A DNA stretch of 64,000 bases, taken from assembly GCA_963803435.1 (NCBI GenBank), contig CAWDML010000001.1, positions 1,728,001-1,792,000 of the forward strand, written 5' to 3'. Shown here piece after piece: positions 9,036 to 17,509 of this stretch (positions within the stretch are counted from its first letter, which is position 1; every line of letters begins with the position of its first letter). Below the pieces are notes generated by a model, which saw nothing but the letters and a program-made list of their open reading frames with translations, had not been told where the DNA came from and did no database searches. Origin of the DNA: an uncultured delta proteobacterium. Lineage in GTDB: Bacteria; Myxococcota; Kuafuiibacteriia; Kuafuiibacteriales; Kuafuiibacteriaceae. Made by a program: the position numbers and the translations under genes.

Positions 9036-9971
9036 ATGTTCTCGCTGAGAGACCTCCTCCGCATCCCGGGCGCGCCCCGCCCCCGGACCGAGCGACGGCT
9101 CGAGCGCAAGCAACGGCGCACCCGCGAGCCCAGGCGAGAGCCGCCCAAGCGTCCGCTCCGCCGGAGCGTGCGCGCCTCGCTGCTGTTGGCGGCCATCGTG
9201 ACGACGAGCGCGGTGACGGTGAGCGCGTTCGAGCAGCGGGCCGAGGCCCAGCGTGCCCGGACCCGCCTCAAGCCCTCGGACCTGACGCTCAAGGGCTCGA
9301 TCGCCGCCCGTCCGCTGGTCCTGGTCGGCGCGCTGGCGCTGCTGTCGCTGCTGCCCTTCGTGATCATCATGGTCACCAGCTTCGTGAAGATCTCGGTGGT
9401 GCTGTCGATCGTTCGCTCTGCGCTCGGCACCCAGCAGATCCCGCCCACCCAGGTGATCACGGGTCTCGCGATCATCCTGACTGTGTACATCATGACCCCG
9501 GTGGGCCTGGAGGTTTACCGGGAGACGGACACGCTCATCCAGCAGCAGCGCCCGGGCGCCTCGCTGGTGTCCGCGGAGACCGTCGATCTGATCTTCGACG
9601 CCCTGGTCCTGGCCAAGGGTCCGATGAAGGCGTTCCTGCTCAAGAACAGCCATCAGAAGGATCAGTCGATGTTCTACACGATGGCGCGCCGGCTCCGTAA
9701 GCCGATCGATCGCGACGGCGTGGAGGCCCAGGACCTGATGGTCCTCATCCCCTCCTTCGTCGTCTCGGAGCTGAAGGAGGCCTTCCAGATCGGGTTCATC
9801 ATATTCGTGCCCTTCCTGGTGATCGATCTGGTGGTGTCGAACATCCTGATGGCCCTCGGCATGCAGATGCTCTCACCGACGACCATCTCGCTGCCGTTCA
9901 AGCTGCTGCTCTTCGTGATGATCGACGGCTGGTATCTGATCACAAAGGGCTTGATCACGGGGTACGTATGA
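9036..9971 (+). CDS. sctR: Type III export gate protein SctR (FliP family)
   Basis: TSFVKISVVLSIVRSALGTQQIPP, SELKEAFQIGF, MQMLSPTTISLPFKLLLFV..DGW. Confidence 0.95.
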   Translation: MFSLRDLLRIPGAPRPRTERRLERKQRRTREPRREPPKRPLRRSVRASLLLAAIVTTSAVTVSAFEQRAEAQRARTRLKPSDLTLKGSIAARPLVLVGALALLSLLPFVIIMVTSFVKISVVLSIVRSALGTQQIPPTQVITGLAIILTVYIMTPVGLEVYRETDTLIQQQRPGASLVSAETVDLIFDALVLAKGPMKAFLLKNSHQKDQSMFYTMARRLRKPIDRDGVEAQDLMVLIPSFVVSELKEAFQIGFIIFVPFLVIDLVVSNILMALGMQMLSPTTISLPFKLLLFVMIDGWYLITKGLITGYV

Positions 9972-10243
9972 CACCGCAGGACTTCATCGTTCAGGTGGCG
10001 AACGAGGGCATCTGGCTGGTGCTCGTGATCTCGGGGCCGCCCGTGCTCTTCTCGCTGATGGTCGGCTTGATCATCGCCCTCTTCCAGGCGGTCACCCAGG
10101 TCCAGGAGCAGTCGCTCACCTTCGTGCCCAAGGTGATCGTGGTCTTCGGGACGCTCGCGGTGCTCGGCCCCTGGCTCGCCGGCGCGCTCGGTCAGTTCGG
10201 CAAGATGTGCTTCGAGGGCTTCGCGCTGGTCATCGGGAACTGA
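9968..10243 (+). CDS. sctS: Type III export gate protein SctS (FliQ family)
   Basis: 91 aa; VGLIIALFQAVTQVQEQSLTFVPK. Confidence 0.95.
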   Translation: MTPQDFIVQVANEGIWLVLVISGPPVLFSLMVGLIIALFQAVTQVQEQSLTFVPKVIVVFGTLAVLGPWLAGALGQFGKMCFEGFALVIGN

Positions 10244-10725
10244 TGAAGGGAGCGGCCGCCATCGCGATCCTGATCGCGCTCGCCGGCCCGAGCGGGCCCG
10301 CCGAGGCGGCCCGCGATCCCGTCAAGGATCACCCCTTCTACATCGCGGCGGTGACGGTGGGGACGTTCGGGGGCGTCGGCAACAGCGTGGCGGCGCTGGT
10401 CTACGCGATCCAGGGCCGCAGCTTCCACCCGGCCTGGATCGGCTCGACGCTGGTGTCCTCCGCGATCTGCGCCACCATGGCCGGCTCGCTGATCGTGGAG
10501 GCGATCGACGACCCCGGCCCGTTCACGATCCCGGGCATCATCGGCTACCTCATCATCTCGCTCTGGCCGACCGCCTGGCTCCTTCGCAGCGCGCTCTCGG
10601 AGGTGCCGCTCGGCGCCCGCTTCGACTCCGAGGTCGCGCCCGCCGAGACCGAAGATCCCGTCGATGCGCTCCGCCCTCCGCCGGCGGAGCTCCCGGCCAC
10701 CACCGTCTTCTCGCTGGTGTTCTGA
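10243..10725 (+). CDS. Hypothetical multi-TM protein between sctS and sctT
   Basis: ATG overlaps the sctS stop (TGATG); signal peptide and three hydrophobic segments. Confidence 0.6.
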   Translation: MKGAAAIAILIALAGPSGPAEAARDPVKDHPFYIAAVTVGTFGGVGNSVAALVYAIQGRSFHPAWIGSTLVSSAICATMAGSLIVEAIDDPGPFTIPGIIGYLIISLWPTAWLLRSALSEVPLGARFDSEVAPAETEDPVDALRPPPAELPATTVFSLVF

Positions 10726-10728
10726 GTC

Positions 10729-11547
10729 ATGGAGGAGATCTTTCGCCAGTTCAACGGAGGCCGCGAGATCTCGCAGGCGATGTTGATCGGAACGCTGGTG
10801 GTCATGCGCTGCCTGCCGATCATCCTCCAGACGCCCTTCCTCGGCGGCAAGCTGGTGCCGGCCGAGACCCGCATGGGCCTCTCCGTCGGCCTCACCATCC
10901 TGGTCTATCCGTACGCGAGGGACAGCCTCACGACCGGGCTCGAGGTCAACGCCGCCTTCTACCTCGCCATGATGTTCAAGGAGCTGTTCATCGGCTTCGT
11001 GATCGGCTTCGTCGCCACCGAGCTGTTCTACGCCATGGAGATCGCGGGCCGCGGCCTCGACACGCTCCGGGGCTCCAACATGGCGGAGGTGCAGGTCCCA
11101 GAGATCCAGTTCCGCGCCTCGCCGGTCGGCCAGTTCAACTTCCAGCTCCTCCTCGTCGTCTTCTGCGCGCTGAACGGCCACGGGCACTTCATCGAGAGCA
11201 TCGCCAGGAGCTTCGAGGTCGTCTCCCTCGACCACTTCCCCGCCATGGAGCTGATCGGCTGGGACGGGTTCGTCGACCAGATCCTCCGCTACACCGCCAG
11301 CCTCTTCGGCATCGCCTTCGCGCTGGTGTTCCCAGGCATGTTCGCCTCATTCCTCGTGGACGTGGTCTTCGGCATGTTCAACCGCATCGCCCCTCAGCTG
11401 AACGCCTACTTCATGGCGATGGGCGTCAAGGCGATGTCCGGCCTGGCGATGTTCATGTTCGCGATGGTCCTGATGGTCGGCCAGCTCGCCCACCAACTCG
11501 AGCAATCGCTGCTGTTCCTGCGCAAGCTGATCGACTTCCTCGGTTGA
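10729..11547 (+). CDS. sctT: Type III export gate protein SctT (FliR family)
   Basis: PFLGGKLVP, KELFIGFVIG, AGRGLDTLRG, NRIAPQLNAY. Confidence 0.95.
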   Translation: MEEIFRQFNGGREISQAMLIGTLVVMRCLPIILQTPFLGGKLVPAETRMGLSVGLTILVYPYARDSLTTGLEVNAAFYLAMMFKELFIGFVIGFVATELFYAMEIAGRGLDTLRGSNMAEVQVPEIQFRASPVGQFNFQLLLVVFCALNGHGHFIESIARSFEVVSLDHFPAMELIGWDGFVDQILRYTASLFGIAFALVFPGMFASFLVDVVFGMFNRIAPQLNAYFMAMGVKAMSGLAMFMFAMVLMVGQLAHQLEQSLLFLRKLIDFLG

Positions 11548-12525
11548 TCAGTCGACGTCCTCGATCGTCCCGCGGATCGCGCGCTTCGCCATGTCCGGAT
11601 CGACCTCTCTGATCAAGAGACCGCCGTCATCCGTCGGGTGCAGCCAGAACAGGCTCCCCGGGACGTGGATCAGCGTGGCGTCGCGGACGACCCAGTCCTG
11701 CTCTCGGAAGTCGATCCGCGTGAGGATGTGCCGCGTGCCCAGGGCCAGCCCCAACGCGAGCTCCTCGAGAGAGTCGCGGAGCTGGTAGGTCTCTCCGATC
11801 TTGCAGATCGCGCCCTTGTCGGAGAGACCGTGCAGCGCGACCCGCCACTCGTCCTCACAGGGGACGGGCAGCATGCGCACCGCATCGGGTCCCGGCGCGA
11901 AGCGGTTCTTCCTCCCCGGCATCACGATGGCCCCGCCGAGGGTGGCGTCGCCGAAGCTCTTCGGCCGGGCGCTGTCGAGGCGGACGTTGGTGCTGCCCTC
12001 GGAACGGCGGCGCGCCAACTCGCTCGCGGCTGCAGAGAACGCGACGTACTCGAGCGCGGTCAGCCGCAGATCGATGAGGTCGCCGTTCGAGCGTCGCGGC
12101 GAGAAATGCGAGTGCACGTCGTCGAAGACGTCGACCAGCTCGAGCGGTGGTCCGAGCCGATGATGCTGTCCCGAGCGGACATATTGAACGTACGCGCCGG
12201 CCCGGCCGTACACGTCGATCAATCGCTCGCCGCAGCCCGGGGCCGCCGCGAGGAGGATGATGCGGGCGTCGGGCTCTGACACCACCAGCAGCCGCCGGAG
12301 AAGCTCGCGCTGCGGACGGTACGTCCTGGGATCGGCGAGCCCCTTCTCGACCAGCGACCGCGCGCTCCGGCGCTGCGCCTCGGGCGCGTGGCGATCGACC
12401 AGCGCGTCGCGGACCGCTGCGAAGGGCGAGTCGCGGTCGAGCACGAGATCGCAGGTGAAGCGGAGCAACGCGATCTCCTCGGTGGAGAGCTCGATCGTGT
12501 CCGCAGCGGAGAGCGCCAAAATCAT
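11548..12525 (-). CDS. Hypothetical protein, antisense within the T3SS cluster
   Basis: About 325-aa ORF with normal composition filling the sctT-sctU gap; its stop abuts the sctT stop; appears to have two related halves. Confidence 0.6.
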   Translation of the reverse strand: MILALSAADTIELSTEEIALLRFTCDLVLDRDSPFAAVRDALVDRHAPEAQRRSARSLVEKGLADPRTYRPQRELLRRLLVVSEPDARIILLAAAPGCGERLIDVYGRAGAYVQYVRSGQHHRLGPPLELVDVFDDVHSHFSPRRSNGDLIDLRLTALEYVAFSAAASELARRRSEGSTNVRLDSARPKSFGDATLGGAIVMPGRKNRFAPGPDAVRMLPVPCEDEWRVALHGLSDKGAICKIGETYQLRDSLEELALGLALGTRHILTRIDFREQDWVVRDATLIHVPGSLFWLHPTDDGGLLIREVDPDMAKRAIRGTIEDVD

Positions 12526-12626
12526 GGCCGCGGGGCCGCGGTTAGCACGTCTGTGACAGCATTGTGAATCGGAGGTGGTGACGCACATTCACCTACTCGA
12601 CCGTCAGTGATAGCTTCGGAGGCTCG

Positions 12627-13832
12627 GTGGCAGGCGAGACCGGCGAAAAAACCGAAGAAGCCACACCGGAAAAGCTCCGGAAGGCCAAGGAGGAGGGTCA
12701 GGTTCCGAAGAGCCAGGACTTCGTCCACGCCATCGGCTTCGCGGGCGGCTTCCTCACGCTGGTGGGGCTCCTGAACTACGTCTTCCGCGAGCTCAAGGAC
12801 TTCGCGCTCGCCTGCATCGACGCGGCGATGCACAAGGCCAGCCCCTCCACCATCTCGGACCTGATGCTGCACGAGGGCGTGCCGATGGTCCTCAAGGTCT
12901 CGCTGCCGATCTCGGCGATGGTCTTCGTGATCGGGATCTTCACGAACGTCGTTCAGACCGGCTTCTTCATGGCGTTCAAGGTCCTCGTCCCCAAGATCGA
13001 CAAGATCAATCCGATCAACGGCTTGAAGGGTCTGTTCAAGGTCAAGAAGTTCATCGAGCTGATCAAGAACATCCTCAAGATGGGGATCGCCGCCTGGATC
13101 GCCTGGTCTGTGATGGAGAGCGCCCTCAGGGACATGACGCTGGTCGTCACTCTTCCGCTGCCGAAGGCGGTCGACTTCGGCGGGAGCCTGGTCTGGGACT
13201 ACCTGATCAAGACGACCGTTTTGTTTATAATCATCGGCGTCGCCGACCTCATCATCTCCCGGAAGACGTTCCACAAGGAGCAGATGATGTCGAAGTACGA
13301 CGTCAAGCAGGAGTACAAGCAGAGCGAAGGTGACCCGCACATGAAAGGCCAGCGCAAGCAGCTCGCCCACGAGCTGCTGTTCGGCGGCGGGATGGAAAAC
13401 GTCAAGAATGCGGATGCAGTCGTGGTGAATCCAGAGCACATCGCGGTCGCGATCAAGTACGACCAGGAGCACGACAAGGCGCCGAAGATCGTGGCCAAGG
13501 GCATGCGGGTGCACGCCGAGCGGATCAAGGAGCTCGCGAAGCACTACGGCATCCCGATCCTCCGCAACGTCCCGCTCGCCCAGGCGCTCAACAAGCTCGA
13601 GATCGACGAGGAGATCCCGGAGGACCTCTACGAGGCCGTCGCCGAGGTGCTGTCCTTCGTCTACAAGATCCGCGAGGAGCAGGAAGCGCGGCAGCAGGCG
13701 CAGAAGGCGACGCGCGAGGACGCCCAGCGCACCCGGCTCGGCCGTCATGCCAGCCCGCCGGGTACGGCGCCCGAAGGCGAGGCTGGCCAGGCGGGGTCCG
13801 CCGAGGGCAATCTATTGAAACGAGGCCGGTAG
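12627..13832 (+). CDS. sctU: Type III export switch protein SctU (FlhB family)
   Basis: EKTEEATPEKLRKAKEEGQV, EYKQSEGDPHMK, VVVNPEHIAVAIKY, PKIVAKG, NVPLAQAL; GTG start after GGAGG. Confidence 0.95.
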   Translation: MAGETGEKTEEATPEKLRKAKEEGQVPKSQDFVHAIGFAGGFLTLVGLLNYVFRELKDFALACIDAAMHKASPSTISDLMLHEGVPMVLKVSLPISAMVFVIGIFTNVVQTGFFMAFKVLVPKIDKINPINGLKGLFKVKKFIELIKNILKMGIAAWIAWSVMESALRDMTLVVTLPLPKAVDFGGSLVWDYLIKTTVLFIIIGVADLIISRKTFHKEQMMSKYDVKQEYKQSEGDPHMKGQRKQLAHELLFGGGMENVKNADAVVVNPEHIAVAIKYDQEHDKAPKIVAKGMRVHAERIKELAKHYGIPILRNVPLAQALNKLEIDEEIPEDLYEAVAEVLSFVYKIREEQEARQQAQKATREDAQRTRLGRHASPPGTAPEGEAGQAGSAEGNLLKRGR

Positions 13833-13836
13833 CAGC

Positions 13837-14292
13837 ATGCCGAACATCAACAACAAGTGGCCATGGCCGAACAACATCGGCGTCCTCGGTACCTATCCCG
13901 AGGAGATCAAGGCGCTCCAGAAGCTCGAGCGCAACCCAGAGGCCTCTCCCCTCCCCGAAGCCGAACCGACCCACTTCCTCGATCCCCGCACCTCGAGCGA
14001 GCACCTGCGCGTCGGCACGCCCCAGTCGCCGCGCGGCGAGGTCGACGTCCCCGGAAACTTCATCCCGCTGCACGTGGTGCTGCGCCGCCTGTTGATGCGG
14101 CGCAAGCGGGTCGGCTGGGGCCTCTTCGAGGAGGCGGTCGAGGACGAGGATCTCGGCGAGCTGCCCTCGAGCCGACGCGAGCAGATGCGCGCGATGCTCC
14201 GCCGCGAGCGCGCCATGCTCGACATGCTCTCCGAGTACAACGCGCTGGCCGAGGACGTGTACGCGCGGCTGCTGTCCGAGTCGAAGGGCTGA
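13837..14292 (+). CDS. Hypothetical T3SS-cluster protein
   Basis: 151-aa ORF 4 nt after the sctU stop, tightly coupled to the downstream chaperone. Confidence 0.7.
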   Translation: MPNINNKWPWPNNIGVLGTYPEEIKALQKLERNPEASPLPEAEPTHFLDPRTSSEHLRVGTPQSPRGEVDVPGNFIPLHVVLRRLLMRRKRVGWGLFEEAVEDEDLGELPSSRREQMRAMLRRERAMLDMLSEYNALAEDVYARLLSESKG

Positions 14293-14294
14293 TC

Positions 14295-14801
14295 GTGGCG
14301 AAGAATCCCCTGGAGGTCGCGCTCGTCCGGCCGGATCCCGAGAAGGAGCTCGAGCGCGCGCCCGGCGCCGCGGTCCAGCGGTGGGCGAACGGCGCGGCGA
14401 CCCTCATGCAGCTCAAGGGCTACACGGAGGACGAGCTCTACGGGATCGCCCAGCAGGGCTACACGCTGTTTCTCAACGGCAAGATCAAGGACGCCCAGAT
14501 CATCTTCGAGGGCCTGGTCGCGGTCGATCCGCGGAACGACTACTATTATCGTGCGCTGGGCGTGGTGTACCACCGCATGGGCGACGCCGAGCGTGCGATC
14601 CGGCAGTTCACCCACGCCGTCACCGTCGCGCCCAAAGAGGCGACGGCGTACGTGAACCGCGCCGAGGTCCACATCGCGCGGCGCGACTACGAGAAGGCGC
14701 TGACCGATCTGGACTACGCGATCCGGGTGGCGACCGATCTCTCGACCCCGATCGCCCGCAAGGCGCTGGCCCTCCGATCGCTGATCCGGCGGCAGCGCTA
14801 G
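14295..14801 (+). CDS. TPR protein, SycD/LcrH-like class II T3SS chaperone
   Basis: LKGYTEDELYGIAQQGYTLFLNGKIKDAQIIFEGLVAVDP..YYRALG; three TPRs; GTG start at 14295. Confidence 0.8.
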   Translation: MAKNPLEVALVRPDPEKELERAPGAAVQRWANGAATLMQLKGYTEDELYGIAQQGYTLFLNGKIKDAQIIFEGLVAVDPRNDYYYRALGVVYHRMGDAERAIRQFTHAVTVAPKEATAYVNRAEVHIARRDYEKALTDLDYAIRVATDLSTPIARKALALRSLIRRQR

Positions 14802-15119
14802 GAGACTTGCTCCAAGAGAAGCGTGACAAGATGGACGACTTTTGGTGCTTCGGCGACCGCCGACAGCAAGATCAGGCCGCAAGCCGAGCGTCCATTTCGC
14901 CCGGCAGCCCACCTGGCTAGCCCTGTGAACTCTCAACCGTTGACTGTCGACTGGGGCCGTCTCTGTGAGCTTTCAGGTTTACCTGGTTAGGATGTAGGTT
15001 TATGTCTGCCGCTGTATGTGACAAGTCTCCGAAAACTCACAGGAATCGCCGCAGAGCACCGCCGATCTGCGAAGGATTACGCGCGCTTAGACGAGGACGC
15101 CAAAAGCCGAGAATCCCGA

Positions 15120-15147
15120 GCAACTTCGGTGGGTTGGTGCCCGATAA
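15120..15147 (+). promoter_or_regulatory. Candidate sigma28-type promoter
   Basis: GCAAC-N15-CCCGATAA in the 460-bp intergenic region upstream of 15262. Confidence 0.6.
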
Positions 15148-15261
15148 GAGCGTTGCTCTGTGAATGGTAGTGGTGGGGCGTGAGCGGAAACGCAGGCAGC
15201 GACCGCGAACGCGGGTATGAATCGATTCGCAGCTCGAAGCGCTGAAAGGACCTGAATCAAT

Positions 15262-16476
15262 ATGTACGGAGTCAACTCGTTCGGAACCGCGGTCAACGAT
15301 TTCCTCGGTTTCTTCAACATCAGAGGAGCCGGCATCGGGGTCGCGATCGATTCGCTGACCGGCAACAGCACGGGCGTCCTCGCCAACCTTTACGACCAGT
15401 ATCTCGAGACCGCGCTCGGCCGCGGCACCGGTCCCATCGAGCGGATGATGGGCACCATGGGCGCAGGAATGATCCCGCCCTTCCTCGGCATGCCTTCTCC
15501 GATGGCTGCCTATCCGGGCCTCATGCCGTTTTGCGGCTGCGGCTATGCCGGAATGCAGCGGGTCGACCTGGCTGCCGGCTCTTCCAACATTCCGATCCTG
15601 AGCTCCCTCTTGAGCCCCCGCCGCCGCATGGCAGGACGGTTCGAGCGGCTGCTTCGATCCAACCCCTATGCGCGGGCCCAGTTCGAGTCCTCGATCGGCG
15701 GGCGGATCGTGAACTTCGGACCGCGGAACAACGGCGTGTTCACGATTCAGCGCTTCGCTCCGGGCTTCAACCCGGGCATGGCGATGGCGATGAATCCGAT
15801 GGCCGGCACCGCCATGGGCGGGCTCTACGGGATGGAGCAGGCGATGATGGGGCAGGCCGGCCGGATGGGGATGCTCGGGATGGGCATGCCGTACTTCGGC
15901 GGCGGCAGCATGTTCGGCAACCCGTTCATGGGCTTCACCATGGCCGGGATGATGAACGTGGCAGGCATGCAGGCGCCGGCCGGCGCGGGCTGGGGCCCGT
16001 TCGACAACAGCGGCGCGATGGGCGGCCGCGGCTTTGGCTCGTGGAATCCGCTGGCGATGCCGGGCCGGATCAACAACACGAACCCGAGCTACGAGATGGC
16101 GCACCAGGCCGAGACCGCGAGCCTCCTCGCCGATCCGTCCCTGACCGTCGAGGACAAGGTCACTCTTCTGATCATGCTGATCATGAAGAAGATGGATAAG
16201 GACATCGAGCGGCAGGCCCAGTACATCAACTCGATCCAGCAGCAGCAGTCGTCCCGCGAGCCGGGCGGCGGCGCGGGTCAGGCCGGGTTCAACGCCGGTG
16301 GCCCGTTCGGCGGCGTGCAGGGCGAGCAGGGCGGCAACTCGCCGTCGATCGACGTCGAGACGATGAAGCTGAAGCGCCTGATCGACAAGCGCTCGCAGAT
16401 GTTCGACATGCTGCGTCAGATCATCGACAAGTACAACCAGACGGCGAAGGGCATCATCGACTCCATCGGCCGCTGA
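15262..16476 (+). CDS. Probable T3SS-secreted protein: Gly/Met-rich N-terminus and Bsp22/EspA-like coiled-coil C-terminus
   Basis: 404 aa, no Sec signal, between two class II chaperones; C-terminus SIDVETMKLKRLIDKRSQMFDMLRQIIDKYNQTAKGIIDSIGR. Confidence 0.65.
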   Translation: MYGVNSFGTAVNDFLGFFNIRGAGIGVAIDSLTGNSTGVLANLYDQYLETALGRGTGPIERMMGTMGAGMIPPFLGMPSPMAAYPGLMPFCGCGYAGMQRVDLAAGSSNIPILSSLLSPRRRMAGRFERLLRSNPYARAQFESSIGGRIVNFGPRNNGVFTIQRFAPGFNPGMAMAMNPMAGTAMGGLYGMEQAMMGQAGRMGMLGMGMPYFGGGSMFGNPFMGFTMAGMMNVAGMQAPAGAGWGPFDNSGAMGGRGFGSWNPLAMPGRINNTNPSYEMAHQAETASLLADPSLTVEDKVTLLIMLIMKKMDKDIERQAQYINSIQQQQSSREPGGGAGQAGFNAGGPFGGVQGEQGGNSPSIDVETMKLKRLIDKRSQMFDMLRQIIDKYNQTAKGIIDSIGR

Positions 16477-16619
16477 TCCTCTCCGACCTGGGGCCCGGCC
16501 GCCGGCGGCACCGCTCGGTGGGCTGCGCGGCTGGGCACCCCCCGTCTCCTCAAAAACCTACGCACTATCGGGAAGTTTTGCGATTTTTCCCAGGAATGTT
16601 ATAGCCCCCAACCGAAGCG

Positions 16620-17396
16620 ATGGCGAAGGACAACGACAAGCCGAAGGGTGCCAAGGGCCCTCCGAAGCCCGGTGGGGGATCCAAGCCGAGCAAGCTCGAG
16701 GAGCTCATCGCGGCGGGGAAGAAGCCCGAGGATCTGTCCGAGGCCGAGAAGCGGCAGGTTCTCGACGAGGTCGACAAAGAGATCGAGAACATGACCGCCG
16801 ACGACGTCATCAAGGCCGTCGAGCGCGGAGAGATCGAGATCGAGTACGTCGATCCTCCGAACCCCATCGACAACTTCACGGAGGAGAACTTCAAGAAGTT
16901 CCTCTTCGGCAAGATCACGTGGGCTCAGCTCGAAGGCATGACGATGGAGCAGGCCTACGCCATCGCCGAGTTCGGCTACACCATGTATCAGCAGGGCCGA
17001 TACAAGGACGCACGCACGCTCTTCGAAGGCCTCGTCATTGGCAACCCGTACGATCCGTACTTCCACGCGATGCTCGGCGCCATCTACACCAAGCTCGACA
17101 TGCACGAGGAGGCCGCGCAGGAGTTCTCGATCGCGATCGAGCTCGATCCGGAAGACATCAACTCCTACGTGAACCGTGGCGAGCTGCTCCTCCAGCACGG
17201 CGAGTTCGAGTACGCGATGGAGGATCTGAAGGCGGCGATCGATCTCGACCCCGAGGGCAAGAACCCGGCGTCGCTCCGCGCGCGCGCGCTGGCCGCAGCG
17301 ACCGCCGCCGCGATCAAGGAGCTGATCGAGCGCAAGGAAGCCGAAGGCGCCGAGCCTGCGAAACCGCCGCCCGCGCAACCGCCGAAGAAGGGCTGA
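16620..17396 (+). CDS. TPR protein, SycD/LcrH-like class II T3SS chaperone
   Basis: ITWAQLEGMTMEQAYAIAEFGYTMYQQGRYKDARTLFEGLV..NPYDPYF; TPR repeats. Confidence 0.85.
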   Translation: MAKDNDKPKGAKGPPKPGGGSKPSKLEELIAAGKKPEDLSEAEKRQVLDEVDKEIENMTADDVIKAVERGEIEIEYVDPPNPIDNFTEENFKKFLFGKITWAQLEGMTMEQAYAIAEFGYTMYQQGRYKDARTLFEGLVIGNPYDPYFHAMLGAIYTKLDMHEEAAQEFSIAIELDPEDINSYVNRGELLLQHGEFEYAMEDLKAAIDLDPEGKNPASLRARALAAATAAAIKELIERKEAEGAEPAKPPPAQPPKKG

Positions 17397-17509
17397 CCGC
17401 CGACCTGTGACCTCGATCCCGCAGCTTCGCGGGTCGCCCACCTACATCCGGCGCTCTTGGAGGGGCTCGCGTGCGCGCGGGGCCGAAGCTGCTACAATGG
17501 CCGCTGGCC

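Noticed and set aside
15164-15180. Sigma54 promoter (GG-N10-GC) upstream of 15262
   Set aside because: Only the minimal dinucleotides match; it lacks the TGGCAC/TTGC context, and the sigma28-like motif fits better.
16490-16543. Intrinsic terminator after 15262..16476
   Set aside because: An imperfect GC-rich hairpin is possible but there is no U-tract; too weak to call.
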